The notes beneath the pieces were generated by a model. The model was given only the letters and a program-made list of their open reading frames with translations. It ran no database searches and was not told where the DNA came from. DNA of 64,000 nucleotides from Takakia lepidozioides (lineage: Eukaryota; Plantae; Bryophyta), in assembly GCA_030704615.1 (NCBI GenBank), contig CM060733.1, positions 44,206,001-44,270,000 on the forward strand. Reading direction: 5' to 3'. Shown here in pieces: positions 10,700-24,319 of this stretch (position 1 is the first letter of the stretch; each line of letters opens with the position of its first letter). Made by a program: the position numbers and the translations under genes.

Positions 10700-13600
10700 A
10701 AGCCGTGTCCTCACAGTTTACTGTTTAGGATCAGCAAACCTTTGTGAGCGAGCACCCTTCTGTCGGTGAGAGTCCTTTGGAGGGCTCTGTGTGCGAACCC
10801 GAGCCCTGTCACTGGCTGGTGGAGATGAGTGTCGACTAGCTGGTACTGCCGGCCCTGTTTTAGTTTGAGAAGGAGATAAATACTATGGTATAGGAGATCC
10901 CCGTCGTCTTTTATCCTCCATTGCCAAGTCATACTCCTCATCCATGTCAAAGTTGCCCTCCACTGAACCAGTAGTATCAGAATCATCTTCCCCCCTGTGG
11001 CCTTTCGGTGGTCTGATCTTCTTGGGTGTCTCAGGAATCCTGCGTGACATACAGTATTGGCTCACCATGTCTAGAAGCTTAAATTGTACTACTTGCATCA
11101 ATCGCTTGCAAGCAAAATTAGTGTACTCCCTGAATTCCTTGTCCGTATAGGTGAGAGGCGTGCCAATGACTTTGGAACAGTGTAAGTATTTCCAGGCTTC
11201 ATGTCCCTTATAAAAAATATCGTCAGGGCCCAATTTTTCTTTGGCCAAGTTGTTCCAAGCCAAATTAAACCATGAACGAAGTTGGGAATCCTTCTGCAAC
11301 ATGACTTTCACCTCATACAGATACATATGGGGTGGAACTGAAGGTAAGACCCAATGATCCCCAGTGGAATAACTCAGAAATCTTGACTGCATCTTATAAC
11401 GTGCAATGAAACAAGCAGCATAGTATAATCCACAGCCCATGACCCAACTAGATACCTCCTTGGTCTTGGTGTAGATTTACCCATGAACAACCTGGAAGGC
11501 AATTAATTCCTTCAGCATGGTGCCTGCCTCAGACCAGTACCTTGCAAAATGATGATTCTCAATGGGTCAGTTATTCGGAAGAACCTTAGTCCGAGTTGCC
11601 ACTGGCAACCAAATGCGCATGATCTGGTAATAGTGTGCCAAAGACTGTGGAGGACTGAATTCCTTCCAAGCCAAATCCATCACAATGGGAATTTGGTTGA
11701 AGGGCATTATCATAGCCCGATTGTACTCAAGTGCAGCAGGAGTCCTAGGTGGGTTAAAAGCACCATCCCCCCAAACCTCAGATTGCTGCAGGGCTATGGT
11801 AGCAACAGTGTCTACCTGTTGTGGTTGCTGTGATATTGACACCACTGTCCCTCCTGTTGTTGGTAGGTCCTGCACCTCCTGTGATGAAGATTTATCAGAG
11901 TCATGGCATGCAAATAAGTAGCCACCAGCTGCTCCTCAGGAACAAAGACTCTTTTGTCAATGTTGGAACTCAAGTTATCCACTTGAGTCTGTAGCCCTTC
12001 CACATCATCCTGTAACTCAGCTATTCTACTATAGACATTGTCTATAGTAGTTGTGGCAATGTTCTGCACCTGCAACTTGAGATCATTCATCTCCCCCTGG
12101 GTGAGCTTTCTTGGTGCCTTCCCTTCCACCGGCCCTTGTGTTTAACCATACTTACATAAGATAATTATCCACCAAGTCGTGTGTAGCACTCCTAAGAACC
12201 TGCTCCTCCTTGAGTCTGTACATATGTAACTGTTGCTGTAAAGCCTCCATGCGCTTTGCATGAGGTTCAACCAGGGCTGCATAGGCAGCAGTCAGATTAT
12301 TGGCTTCCTTCCAAGCCTTGGTAGTCACAGAAAACTCATTCTTTCGTGATGTGAGCAATTGCTGCAACTCAAGGATGTACCTTCTTTTCTCAGCCCAACC
12401 TGACTGTACTGTTGGAAGGTCTCCTCATTGCGACGGATAGTAGCCTTCAATTCAGCAATGAGTTTCCCTTGCTCTATTGTCTCAGCCTCCACCATCATAT
12501 ACCTCTCTGCTTGTCTGTTAAATTCTAATGCAGTTTGCTCTAGAGTAGTTGTTAGTGTGGCACATTGGATGGTCATTTTCTGATGAACTGCCTCCAACTC
12601 TGTATGAAGCACCTTCACTTCTGCAATTTTCCTCATGCTTCACCTGCAACTGGTATAGCTGTTGCTTATGTACTTCATGCAACTTCTCCTGCTCCAGACC
12701 CGCTTCAATCAGATTCCCCTTTGCTAGATGCAGGGCAGCCTTCGTGTCCTCCAACTCTTTCTGCAACTTGAGGTTGGCCTCCAGATCCACCTTATTTGCA
12801 CACTTTGTGACAATTCTTGCTTGAGCTCCTCCCTCAAAGCTGCCAATTGTGTGGATGGAATATGGGATTTCACATAAGTGCCCAACAAATTGAGTGTCAT
12901 ATTTATGGAACACATAAGCATGGCCTGCTATGGGTCTGCATGGGAAACTTGTTGATGGTCCCCCTGATTCTCCATAGTGTGATGTTTCACCAACCATTCA
13001 GGCCATGTTCCCACAAGATCTTCTTCCTGAACGACCTCATTCTCCACAGGTGCTGGAGTGCCCTTACATTCTACCCCTGGAACCTCCTCCACAGGTTCGT
13101 ATCACATTCATAGCAGGGATTTCCTTGGTCAAACTCTGCATCTTTGGTACCACTGGTTCCCTGACCAAGCCAGAGTTTTCATAGAGAATGTCACCATTCT
13201 CAATTTCTGCCACTACCTGCTCTGTAGTGGGGATGTCCAACCCTTCTCCTTCCACAGCAATAGGCTCGGGTGTAACAGCATGTACCCTCGGAATTACCTC
13301 TGAAACAACCGAGTCAACTGGCTGTGGTGGCTGTGGTACCGAGGAAACTTCTTCCTCCCTCTCCAAAGGCTGTGCTTTCAGCAATAACAACCCCCCGTGC
13401 TGGTATTCCTCATTCTGCATAAGAGCTATGGAAACATCATCTTGCGGTTTCCTTGAAGCTAGTGGATCTGCCACTACAGTCGTATCCCGCTTTTGTCTCT
13501 TAGACTGGTGTTGCCCCTCCAATCCCCTTCACCTTGTGACGAGCCCTGCTCCTCAATTGCAGTTGTGGCTATCTCAAATACTCCCATCTCCTTGCGTTCT

Positions 13601-14216
13601 CGCGCATCAAGTAAATAAGAATCAAGGATAATTTGCACAATTATTGGGCCAGACACAATGATCAGAGACTTAGCAGCAGTGCCTTGTAACCGCTTCATCT
13701 ATTCCACCAGACCATTGTACATCAACTCCGCCCAAGCCACATCCTCTCCCCTCAAGGCTTTCAGTATCTCCTCCGTGAATGATCTGCTAAGATACTGTTG
13801 GTTCTGTTTCATGGCAAAAAGAACGTTCAGTATTTGGCCAACTTCCCTTAACCCTGGGTACTCGGCCTTGGTGCAAGTGTACCCTTGAGTCTTAAAGAAA
13901 CTTGCTTCTTGGAACAAATTTCCTATTTGCAATCTTGCCCTGTGCTCATCCACATTCACTCGGCCCGATGGCAATTCAAACAGTTGCTGCAAGTACTGGG
14001 GAATAATCTCTATATCTACTCCCCTCACCTATGTAACTCCCGTCCGGGGCTCAAAGTTCTGAATGAATTGAATCATGTACTTCCGATGATGCAAGGATCA
14101 TTCTTTGCGTAGCAGCCCTTCCAATCGCAACTCCTTCGGCAGCTGCACTGCCTGTGGTGTAGCAATTGTTTGCTTCTGCAGAATCGTGGTGCTCTTCACT
14201 CTGATATCCTCCATTC
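10700..14216 (-). mobile_element. Extra ORF 3' of integrase in Gypsy-A (env-like position; plant-transposon N-domain plus coiled coil), fragmented
   Basis: Consecutive minus-strand ORFs 13699-14028, 13064-13522, 12518-12997, 12325-12636, 12152-12367, 11812-12129, 11567-11875, 10883-11440; motif FIQNF..VRGVDIEI...LFELP...VAWA; long heptad-rich stretch. Confidence 0.7.
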
Positions 14217-14852
14217 CCCTAATTCTCTTCATCCTAGACAAACAAGAAAGCTTGTTTGGAATAGCTGTAGGAAAGCTTGCAGGGCATAGAGCATAAAGGT
14301 ATGGTTGGCACAGAAAGGAACGGGTAAGTGCGTGTAAGCCTGTGGGGCTTGCACATAGTGAGTGAGAGAAAATGTCCTTTCAACCCGTCCGTCCTTGCGC
14401 CACTGCGTAAGTAATAAAGCTAGCGTATAGTCTGTGATATCCGCCATAGCTACAAAGCTATAGCTTTGATTGCCCCTCCCGTCGAGACGCTGGTTATTCG
14501 GAGCAACCCTGACTCTTCTGCTCATAACTTTTCTAATTTCTTGTTCTTGTTTCTTGGAGGAAACCATCTGCATAAAATTCTCGCTCCCGATTGGCTGTTG
14601 CCTCCTCGGGTAACTAATTTTACCCTCATCTGCTCACATTCCCATCTGGAATGCCCACTAGGACAACACATGTGGCAAAGATCCCCCTTTTCTATACGCG
14701 TAAAGGGTTCCGTTACCTTCTCCCTGGATGCATTAATGGGCCCGCAACTAGTTTCGGCTGCTGTACCGGGTAGGTACTTCGACGGCCCAGTTTGTCTTTT
14801 TGCATGATGACACCCGCTATTGCAGTTCATGCAATGCGGAGCGTTTTGCCCC

Positions 14853-17630
14853 TTAGGCCACGTGTTCAAATTCAAACACTCTTCCATCGTCCTCTGTCCG
14901 CGTGGCTTTTTCTCCGAGTTTGACTCCCAAGCTGACCTTACACTTACCGGCCACTTTTCTGACGTTAACCCGCGTCCACCTGTCACTGATCCTATGGACT
15001 GTGCAACCCGCGTGGGCTATGTTGTGGCAGGCTGTGTCAGGTTGTGATGGGTTGTGATAAGCTGTGTTAAGCTGTGGTGGGCTGTGATAACTATGCGAAC
15101 ACCCGTGTTCTCCGCTCAGGCCATACACATTCGGCTTTACGACAAGTGCCTCATGCTCCGTTGGTATTACCGGTGTAGTCCGTGACTGCTTCTGTGTTTC
15201 AAAATGCAAATCATGCTGCAATGGTTTATCATGGATACCATTGTATCCCTTCAGCTTATTGGCATTAACTCTTTCAAGCATCTCTTTGTTAATGGTTTGT
15301 AACATGGCTGTGTTGTTATCATACATCTTCTGTATGACATAAGGTCCTTCCATGGTGACTTAAGCTTAGAAGCTTTAATCTTTCCCTTCTTCTGCAACCA
15401 CAGAACCAAATCACCCGTCTTAAAAATTTTCAATTTACCTTCATCAAATTGATCCTTTCTCTTCATCTGAATTCTGGTCATGTTTTCTGTTGCATCAGCA
15501 CGTACTTCTTCCACATGATATAATTCATGTTTCCTGACTTAATTGAATCCTCAAATTCCATTCTCCTTCCCCATTCAGTTCTCATGGTAAGTAATAAGAA
15601 TTCCACTGGAAGTAAAGCTTCCATACCATAAACTAATTGGAATGATGTATACTTGGTGGTGACTTTATATGAAGTCTTGTATGACCACAAAGCTGTCAGC
15701 AGCTTTGTATCCCAATCCGTTCTGTTTGCATTGACTATCTTAGCCAAAATAATGCATAGTATATTGTTGGTGGCCTCTGCCTGCCCATTACCCTGTGGGT
15801 AATAGGTTGTACTCTTCTTGTGCACAATCATGAACTCTTTAGTCAATAGTTCTATGGTCTCGTTAATGAAGTGACTACCCTGGTCACTAATAAATTCCAG
15901 GGCACAGCCAAATCTTGTAAGTATGTTCTCATACATGAACCTTGCTGTAGACTTAGCTGTGTTATCCCTCAGAGCCTTAGCTTCCACCCACTTTGTAGTA
16001 TAATCAGTGGCTGTGATTATATACTTGTTCTGTGTATTTCTGGCTGGTGGGTTTATTGGTCCAACAAAGTCTAATCCCCATTTCTGGAATGGTTCAGTAG
16101 GCATCGTAGGATGCAAAGCCATCTTTCCAGATCTTTGCAAAGGTCCTAGCATCTGACATTCATCACAACTCTTGCAATACTTGTGTACATCCTTGAACAG
16201 AGTAGGCCACCAGTAACCTGCAAGTAATATCTTTCTACTGGTAGTCTCCTCTCCAAAATGACCTCCAGCCACTCATTTATGAACTTCTTCCAAAATTTTA
16301 TTTACTTCATGGTGGTACAAGCATTGTTTAAGAACTCCATCAGGTCCTAGCTTATACAATATGCCACCTATCATAGTGTAAGGTAAAGCCTTGATAGCTA
16401 TTCTCTTCCTCTGTTCCTTCCCATAACTGGGTGGGCACTGACCATGAGTAAGGTAGTATCTGATTGGCCACTGCCAATCTAACCAATCATCTGTACTTCC
16501 TTGCACCTCCACTGCAAATAGACTCGCATCAGGTAGTTGGTCGTCTATTCCCGTGGCGGGCTCTCCTGTTGATAGGCGTGATAAGTGATCTGCCACAAGA
16601 TGCAAATGGCCAGGTTTGTAAACAACTTCGAATTCAAACTCGTGTAAGATTATTAACCATCTTGTTATCCTGCCACTTATCAAAGGCTTGTTCACCAGAT
16701 AAATCAAACCCTGATGATCTACATAAAACATAAACTTCATTCCCAATAGGTAATGCCTGAATTTCTTGACTGCATAAATCATTGCCAATGCTTCTCTTTC
16801 AGTGGTGCTATAGTTCCTTTCAGTATTGTTCAACAACCTGCTAGCATAGTACACATCTCCCTGTAATATTTTGGGCTAACACAGCTCCCAATGCTTCTCC
16901 TGAGGCATCACAATGTACATGAAATACTACATGTCAGTGTGGGTTAATCAGCACAGGTGTAGTTGTTACTGACAATGTAAGTTCCTCAAAAGCCTGTTGA
17001 CATTCAGCTGTCCATGTAAACACTGCATCCTTCTTCAAAATCTTGCTCAATGGAGTTGCCATCTGTGCATATCGTTTAACAAACCTTCTATAATAAGTAG
17101 TTTGTCCAATGAACCTCCTTAAACCCTTCACGTTACTTGGTGGTGGTGAGGCTTTAATAGCCTCTGTCTTTCTAGGATCCACAAGCAGTCCCTTCTTACA
17201 CACAATGTGTCCCAGTAGTACCCCTGAGTTCACACAAAAAAGTACCTTTTTCCGGATTCAGTCCAAGACCTCTCATCTTGCATCTGGCCAAACATAATTC
17301 CAACTTCTGCAAGTGCTCATTCTTAGAACTGTACACACTGAAGTCATCTAAGAACACATGCATGAAATCATCCAGATACTCGTGAAAAAATTCACTTATC
17401 ACCCTCTGGAAAGTTGCTGGTGCATTACAAAGTCCAAAAGGCATGACTTTGTATGCATTTGCACCCCAGTCTGTGATAAAAGCTGTCTTTCCATGATCTT
17501 CTTCCGCCACTTGCACTTGGTTATACCCACTGAAGCCACCCATGAATGAGAACATCTCATGGCCTACCACACTATCCAGTATAGCTTCTGTGAATGGCAA
17601 ATGAAAGGGATCTTTTTTTGTACAAGCATT
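14853..17630 (-). mobile_element. Non-chromovirus Ty3/Gypsy pol (RT, RNase H, integrase), degenerate
   Basis: DPFHLPFTEAILD, FSGYNQ, MPFGLCNAPATFQR, FLDDF, CDASG, NYSTTEREALA, GGHFG...CKSCDECQ, WGLDFVGP, ISDQGSHF, PQGNGQAE; order RT-RH-INT. Confidence 0.95.
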
Positions 17631-20600
17631 TGACGAGCCCTGGTCGCGCGCGGCCAGGGTGACGGCATACTAGCCTAAGGGGTCGTGGCAAGTTGCGGTG
17701 TAGGTTGGGCTCAACGAACCGCCTACCCGGCTGCGGTAAGTGCAGGGGTCCTTGGCAGCTATGGACGGATCTAGATAGTCTAACTTCCTACCGGCAAAGC
17801 AAAGCTTAACAACTCTACTTCACATGGCGATTTGCGTTTCCTAGTCCTACGTTTTGTTTATGGGTTTTCTACGTCTTTAATCATAATTGCCTTCCAAGTC
17901 TTTGTTTATTACTACTTCCTACATGCCTGGACTCCCAACACGCTTATAGCCGGGACGAATCTTCAAATCCCTTCACAAAACAAATCCCGAGCCCAGGGAG
18001 ACGGGGATCATTTATCTCCCGCCCAATGCCCCCCCCCTAAACCCTGAGGTGGATGAGTGTCCTACCTCCTAGGAAGGGACCGGATCCGCTTTCCCAAGTC
18101 AGTCTCTCATGCTTAGAGCGATCCCAAAATGCCACCTCAATGGTCAGTCCATCGGGTGAATGATAACAATGCCAACCTCTAAGTAATGCCCGAGGTCTAA
18201 TAACAATGGCCGTTCCTTGGCCCAAGGCCCCCCCAGTGGCCGGGTACTTGACTTCAAATATCCTCGGTGGAAAGGGGTGATACCGCCCTTAAACTTGCAT
18301 TTCGAAGTTAAGCGGGTCCGGATAAAATCCCTTAATAAAGACGAATTACCTTGCGAAATAATAAAGACAAATCATTAAAATATTCCTACAAATGCATGAA
18401 ATTCGTAGAAATAGAGAATCATCGTAGGATACTGGAGCTAATTAAATTACCCTCAAGGTACCAGGGGAACGCCCTTTTATGCCGGGAGCATTGGGGAACC
18501 GCTCTCCACTTGGGAGCGCCCCCCTAAATTCATACACCAAATCACTCAAGAACTCATTAGCAACTTAAACCATCACCGGGCCAGGATGAATGAAATCTGC
18601 CGCCCAACAGTTTCTCATCTGCTCGCCACCCTGGTGTGGAAACAATGATTAAACATTCAATGGGTCCCAGGGTCTATTTCCTGCGCCTCTTCCACCTACT
18701 TCCAATACAATCTGATTATTTTATGTAGGCAACCAGCCTAGAACGAAGTTGAAACATGTCATCTTCTACCTTATGAAACCCCAGCAGGGATTCTCTTCTC
18801 GCTGTCTCTGGGCTCCCTCTCTCTGTCTGTGGCATCTACCCGTGAGCCGTGCTTTCACAAACCCCGGAATACATATCAAACCGATGGCCTCGCTGGGGCC
18901 TATCCAATGGTTCCAGCCATTTCTTATCATTTGCTAGAACACGCCATTTTTCTCATGCAAGAAAAATACTATGAATAGTGCACAAGAAATCAAAGGCATA
19001 GGGAGAAAACCCCCCTTAAAATACCCGATCCAGGGACCAGTAGTCCCTGGCGGGGTCCGTCGAATTACCCAGCAGTTAAGGTTGATACCCCGCAGCCAGC
19101 GCTACGTGGCGCGGCGTGGCTGGCCCGCCGCCGCGCGGGTCCAGCGGGTAATGGGCAGGCTCCGTCGTCTCTGCCGCTCGTGTCGTACCTGCGTGGGCCC
19201 AGCTATGGTGTCTGGTGCTGCCACGCAATACCCCCAGTGAGCATACTTTGCTTCAGGGGTCAACTCTTTCCACGGGGGCAGGCCACGCCACCCGCGTTAG
19301 AGGCGCCACTCCATGGCGATTCTAGGCAACCTCCTTGGTTGATCTCCAACCCAAAGGCGCCTAAGGCGCCAGCACTTAAGTGCTGGGATCTGCCATTTTT
19401 GGCAGCCCTTTACAAAATAGCTTAACCACTTACAAGTTAGTTAGCAACGCCTCCCATGGTCCTCTATGGCCAGGGGGCTTATGAATCATAGATATGAACT
19501 TAATAATATGGAAATTTTGGCGATAGCTTCGCCGTCTCATGCAATATGGCCGTCGCCACTAAGCTAGAAAGGGAAATTTGACAAGAGCTTCGCCACTTCA
19601 TGCAAGCTCACCCTCTCTTTAAACATAATAATGGAAATCCACCCTCACTTCCATGACGTAATTGGGTTAGATTCCTAAGGCCCTGTCTCTTGGGGCTTCA
19701 CACCTGTGCTCTTCACACATGTATATAGAGATGCACACACATCCTCTTGAAAGAGGGTTAGTTTTTATAGATTTTTAGCAAACAATGCTTATAAGGTCAT
19801 TTCCTTGGACAAAGCTTGAACAACAAATGAAATGAATGAATTCAAAGGTCAAGAATGTATGGTAAGTCACCCTCTGAAACAAGTGGTGCTTGGGATACAC
19901 TAAATCGCTCGGTAGAATGGTACTCAAGCTTGGTCCTCCTCTGACACTCATACTCGTCCTCAAGTCTCCCACTTCATGGAGCGCTTCCTCTACTTCTTGC
20001 CTCAAATGGCCACAAGGCCTTGAGCTAGGACTATCCTGCTCTCAATATGCTTGCTTCTAATACTAGAGAGCCACAAACTCAACTCTCTAGGAACTAGCTC
20101 CCTCAAGCTCAAAACTAACTACACAAGCAAGAGGCCAAAACAACGAAATGAGACTAGATTGAATAACAAGTGGAGCATGCTCTTCTTTTATTGTGTTTTT
20201 GGGGCCTCTTAAACTAGTGAAGGATAGTCTTAAACTATTATTTCCTACATGAATCTATAATTTAAAAACAATAGAACACCATAGAATAATAACCACGGAT
20301 GGAAAATCTTGGTGTTAATGATAAATCTGGTTTTTCATCCATCCAATGGATGACCAGTTGGCGCTAGGTTGTCTTTTCATCCCTCCAGTTTGCAGGTCGA
20401 ATTTCCAGATTTCATCCATTGGATGAACTAGAATTCCATTTAATCGTCTCCCGCAACTGCCTCCGGCATGATATTTTGATGCCATCTTTAATCACCTCCA
20501 AAAATCCTCAAACTCGGTGAAAAATTATAATTAGATGGCCCGTAGCTGTCCACAAAATCTCAAGGGAATCGGAGAACAAAAGCCACATCTTTGGTTGGTT

Positions 20601-21573
20601 TCCATGGTTTTGCCATATAGGCAATCTGCCGCTTCCAGACAGTAAAAATACTGGTGGTGCCCCCAGGGGGTCTTTGGCCCTGCCACTGGGTCACAGATCA
20701 TCTAGAGTTTCCTCCTACACACTTTGCATCGCTGAGGAGTTCAAAACTCCGCCGGGAAGCTCCTTCACCCGTCGTTTGCTCCGATGCAGCACTGGCTTTG
20801 TCGCGATATTTCATCGTTGTACAGATTGTTTCCTCCAATTGCCAAGACTCCTCGCCACGTGCTCCTACTGGACTTGAAAGGCAAGAGAATAGAGAGATGG
20901 CAATCCGGGACTGGAACAGTCGCCATGTATTGTTTCGAATAGGTGCGTGTTGTCGTTATTGGTACCGAATTGGCAGCCTAACTCGCTGTCGATGTAGCTT
21001 CCTACGGTCATTTTGACGCCAGAGCTCCTCCATGGTCGTCTCAGACATAATCTAAATTCGTACGTGCTTTACCAGCGATTCACAGATAACTCACAAACTG
21101 CCCTGCTTTGGCAGTACAATGCCTAAACTGTCTGCCTTAAGATCAAAAACGATTTGAAAAGAAATATGTACCAATATATGCATCTACATATATGACGACC
21201 AATGGGGAACACTCGCCCCGAGTGTAAAAGTACTCAGAATCTTTGGTTCCCACAATCCCCCTACTAGGGTATCACTGATATCCCTTGGAGTCAACGACTC
21301 TCTTAAGTGACATGAAAAAGCTGAAGAGTAATTTCCCTTCGGCTCTCCCTCTTCGGAGAAAGTTCAAGTCTTCCGGGAGAGTGGAGGGAAAAATAAAAAG
21401 AAAAAGCCAAAAAATACTTCAAAACCACCCGACTCACCCTCTTCGGAGAGAGTTGGAGTTCCCAGATAAAAAATACTTCAAAACCGCCATTCTCCCCCAC
21501 CGGACTGGGTTCGAAGCCCCTAGATGATGCAAGAGAGATATGCGCGGTGCAATTTGATAATCCTATTCTAACA
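17631..21573 (-). mobile_element. ~3.9-kb non-coding insertion with TG...CA ends (large LTR-like relic) interrupting Gypsy pol
   Basis: Begins TGACGAGCCC exactly where the RT peptide NAC is cut; ends ...TTCTAACA; no recognisable coding domain; no TSD found. Confidence 0.45.
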
Positions 21574-21596
21574 CAGCCTTGGAAGGACTTTGGTTC

Positions 21597-24318
21597 GCTG
21601 TCGTTGTGGTGTAGCTCCCGGAATTAGGGGAATAGGGTGCATGGCCACATAAGAGGGCACCCCTTTCAACTCGGTGTAGGACCACGAGAAGATGTCTCTA
21701 AATTCTTTGAACAAGGCCTGGTACTCTGCCGCCTGTTCTTCTATCAAATGGGATCCAACCTTCACCATCTTGGGTGATTTTCCTCCCACCGCCATATTGA
21801 CCAATTGCGTTGTTGGCTCGGCTGTGAAGGTTGATCCTGGTTCAAACCTTGATCCGTTTGACCCTTGTTGTAAATATGGAATGTAGGGGGCACTATGTTT
21901 CATCACATCTCTTTCTAGGTTGGCCTCCCTACAATTCTCATTTCAATGCTCTCGCCATTCTCCTCCTGAGGAATCTCTGGTTCTTGCAGACCAACCTGTT
22001 CGGCGGATATCGAGAAGAGCTCGGTTAGTGACTCGAACGCTGGAAGTGCCTCAGTTGATACCGAGTGTACCATCACCTCCTTGCCTTGGTTTTCTCCGAA
22101 CAACCAGGCGATGCAATCTGCATCAAACTCGCATTCATATAAACCCGGACCTAGGGACTTGACGGCGTCCTCTAGTCCTACCTTCCTTTGCTTAACCTCC
22201 CAGCGAGGCGCGGTGCTGGTTGCTAGTACTCGGTGGGCATGTGACGTTAGATGGATCTCTCTATCTGTCCACCAGTCCTCCTCACTCAAGTCCGCAGATT
22301 CCTCTTTAGAACCAATCATGTTGAGCTCATCCTCATCTGTTTCGTGGTGAGGTGCTCCCGAAAGAAAAGCGACTGTAGTCATGTAAGGTTTTATCCCATA
22401 AGTGATCGTACCTGCCCCCCAGTCCATTCGAGCTCGGGACTGGACCAACCATGGCCTCCCTAGTAGGAGTGCGTAGGAATACTCATCAATGGGGAAATCT
22501 ATGATTTGGAAGTCTACCGCGTACGTGTAGCCCCCGGTCTTTAGTCGAACATTCGCTAAGTGACCCACTGGTCTGATCTTCCGTTGGTCAGCCAGTCTGA
22601 TAGTTAATGGAGACTCCCCTATCATGTTCAATCCTAACTTTGACAAGGTGGAGAGTGGCATGATGTTGACAGAGCTCCCATCACCCGCTAAATAACGTCG
22701 TATCAGACGGTCTGCAATCTCCACTTTGATTTCTACTGGGCCCGGGTCGACATGGGCGTTAATGTGGTGGGTCTGAGCAAAAGTACCTACTCGCTTCCTC
22801 ACCAAGGATGCCTTGAGAGCATGTCGGATTGTTGGTGCCAGTGCTATGAGTTGGGCAAATGTAATGTTTGCCTGAATGTGGCGCAAATCTTCCAGTAGAT
22901 TATACGGCTCCAACTCATCCGCGCATAGTGGAGTGTGTTCTCCTTTTGGGAAGCTTTGCTGGTGCTACTGGTCGGTTGGCCGGACTCTTTGTTCTGGATG
23001 TCAAAAGGGGCTGAGAAATGGTTGGCCGACTGCCGGAGATTCGGTCTCTGCAAATGCTACCTCCTTCTCCTTGGGATGGGTATCCTCTCCTCCCTGAGTA
23101 CAGTTTCCGCCACCTTCCATGCGTCTGACTTCATGACTTTAAAGTTTAGATCTTCCTGTTCTGATGCTGATGTGGCTGACTCTGACGCCACATACCCAGG
23201 GCCTTTCCCTAGCGTATCTCGTTGCTGTCGGGTCATTACTGCATAGCTACCTTCCTCAGGGCTAGCCTGCGTAGTTTGAGTGGCGCCGAGCTCACTGAAA
23301 ATCCAATTGACTTGGTGCTGCGTCTCCTGTTGACGGGACGACTAACCGGGATGCATACTGGCTTGCTGCTGGGATGGCGTTGAAGTGGATGCTTGCTGCC
23401 CTCCCTGCACCCTTACATCCTGAGGGGGAGACCACGTATTAGAAGAACCCTGGGCTATCTGAGCCGCAAGATTTGAAATAGGCTGCTTGGGAATTTTGTC
23501 CCATAGCTGCATTGCCCCCATAATATGATGGGCCTGCCTGATCTGTTCTAGTCCGCTGCGCTATCTACGTTGGAGTAGCAAAATACATGCTATGTTGTTG
23601 TGGTAGAGGGTTGGGTGGTTCAGTGGTATACAAATCCGGGAAGGGTGCTCGCTGCCCTTCCAAATTCCTCTCTACTTGTTGAATGGTGGCCGGCGTAGGC
23701 TGGTCCACTTGTCTATGAGGACATTTGTCTAAGGGATGACCTCGCTGGCCACAGTGCAAACACACAATGTCACTCCAACAATTTTTAGTTGAGTGAATGG
23801 TTCTTCCGCACTTTTGACATCCTCTACGAGATTGATTGAATTGCCTTTTTGGTTTATCTTGATAAGTTGGGTTCCGGCTTACCTGCCTTTCCCGAACGGG
23901 ATAAGGATAGTGTTGAGACGCATGTCCCGAGTTGTTGCAATTGGAACACCATAACTTGGCCGGGTTGGGGCCGGACTCTCCCATTGGGGCCGCATCTCGG
24001 TACCCCACATAGCTGGTAACCTACTGACCGATTGAGCTCATGCGGTCGCCCATTGTTTCAATGGTCTTGATGAGAGAAGTGACTTGTGCCTCTAGATGGC
24101 CCACTCACGAATTGGATTGCCCGCTTGAATCTGCCTGTGAGTTGGTAGGAACAACATTCGCGTATTGCGGAACCGTTGGCGCTACTACGGGTGTCAGAGA
24201 CGCTGCTGGGGCGTAGGGTCTCACTCCTCCTACATAAGATGGCGTGTAATGCAGGGTGGGCTGGATTACCGCTAATGGTGTCGGCTCCTACGCGGGCTCG
24301 ATTGAAATGTACGATGGT
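21597..24318 (-). mobile_element. Ty3/Gypsy gag C-half (three CCHC knuckles), aspartic protease and RT N-terminus, degenerate
   Basis: CSNCNNSGH, CQKCGRTIHSTKNC, CLHCGQRGHPLDKC; protease region LAGDGSSVNIM...LLGRPWL; FKEFRDIFSWSY..LKG. Confidence 0.9.
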
Positions 24319-24319
24319 A

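Noticed and set aside
17637-17659. Hairpin as a Helitron 3' end
   Set aside because: Followed by CTCGTCA rather than CTRR|T; TG/CA ends fit an LTR better.
20359-20368. TGGCGCTAG as a Tat-type PBS
   Set aside because: No paired LTR or downstream gag in that orientation; probably chance.
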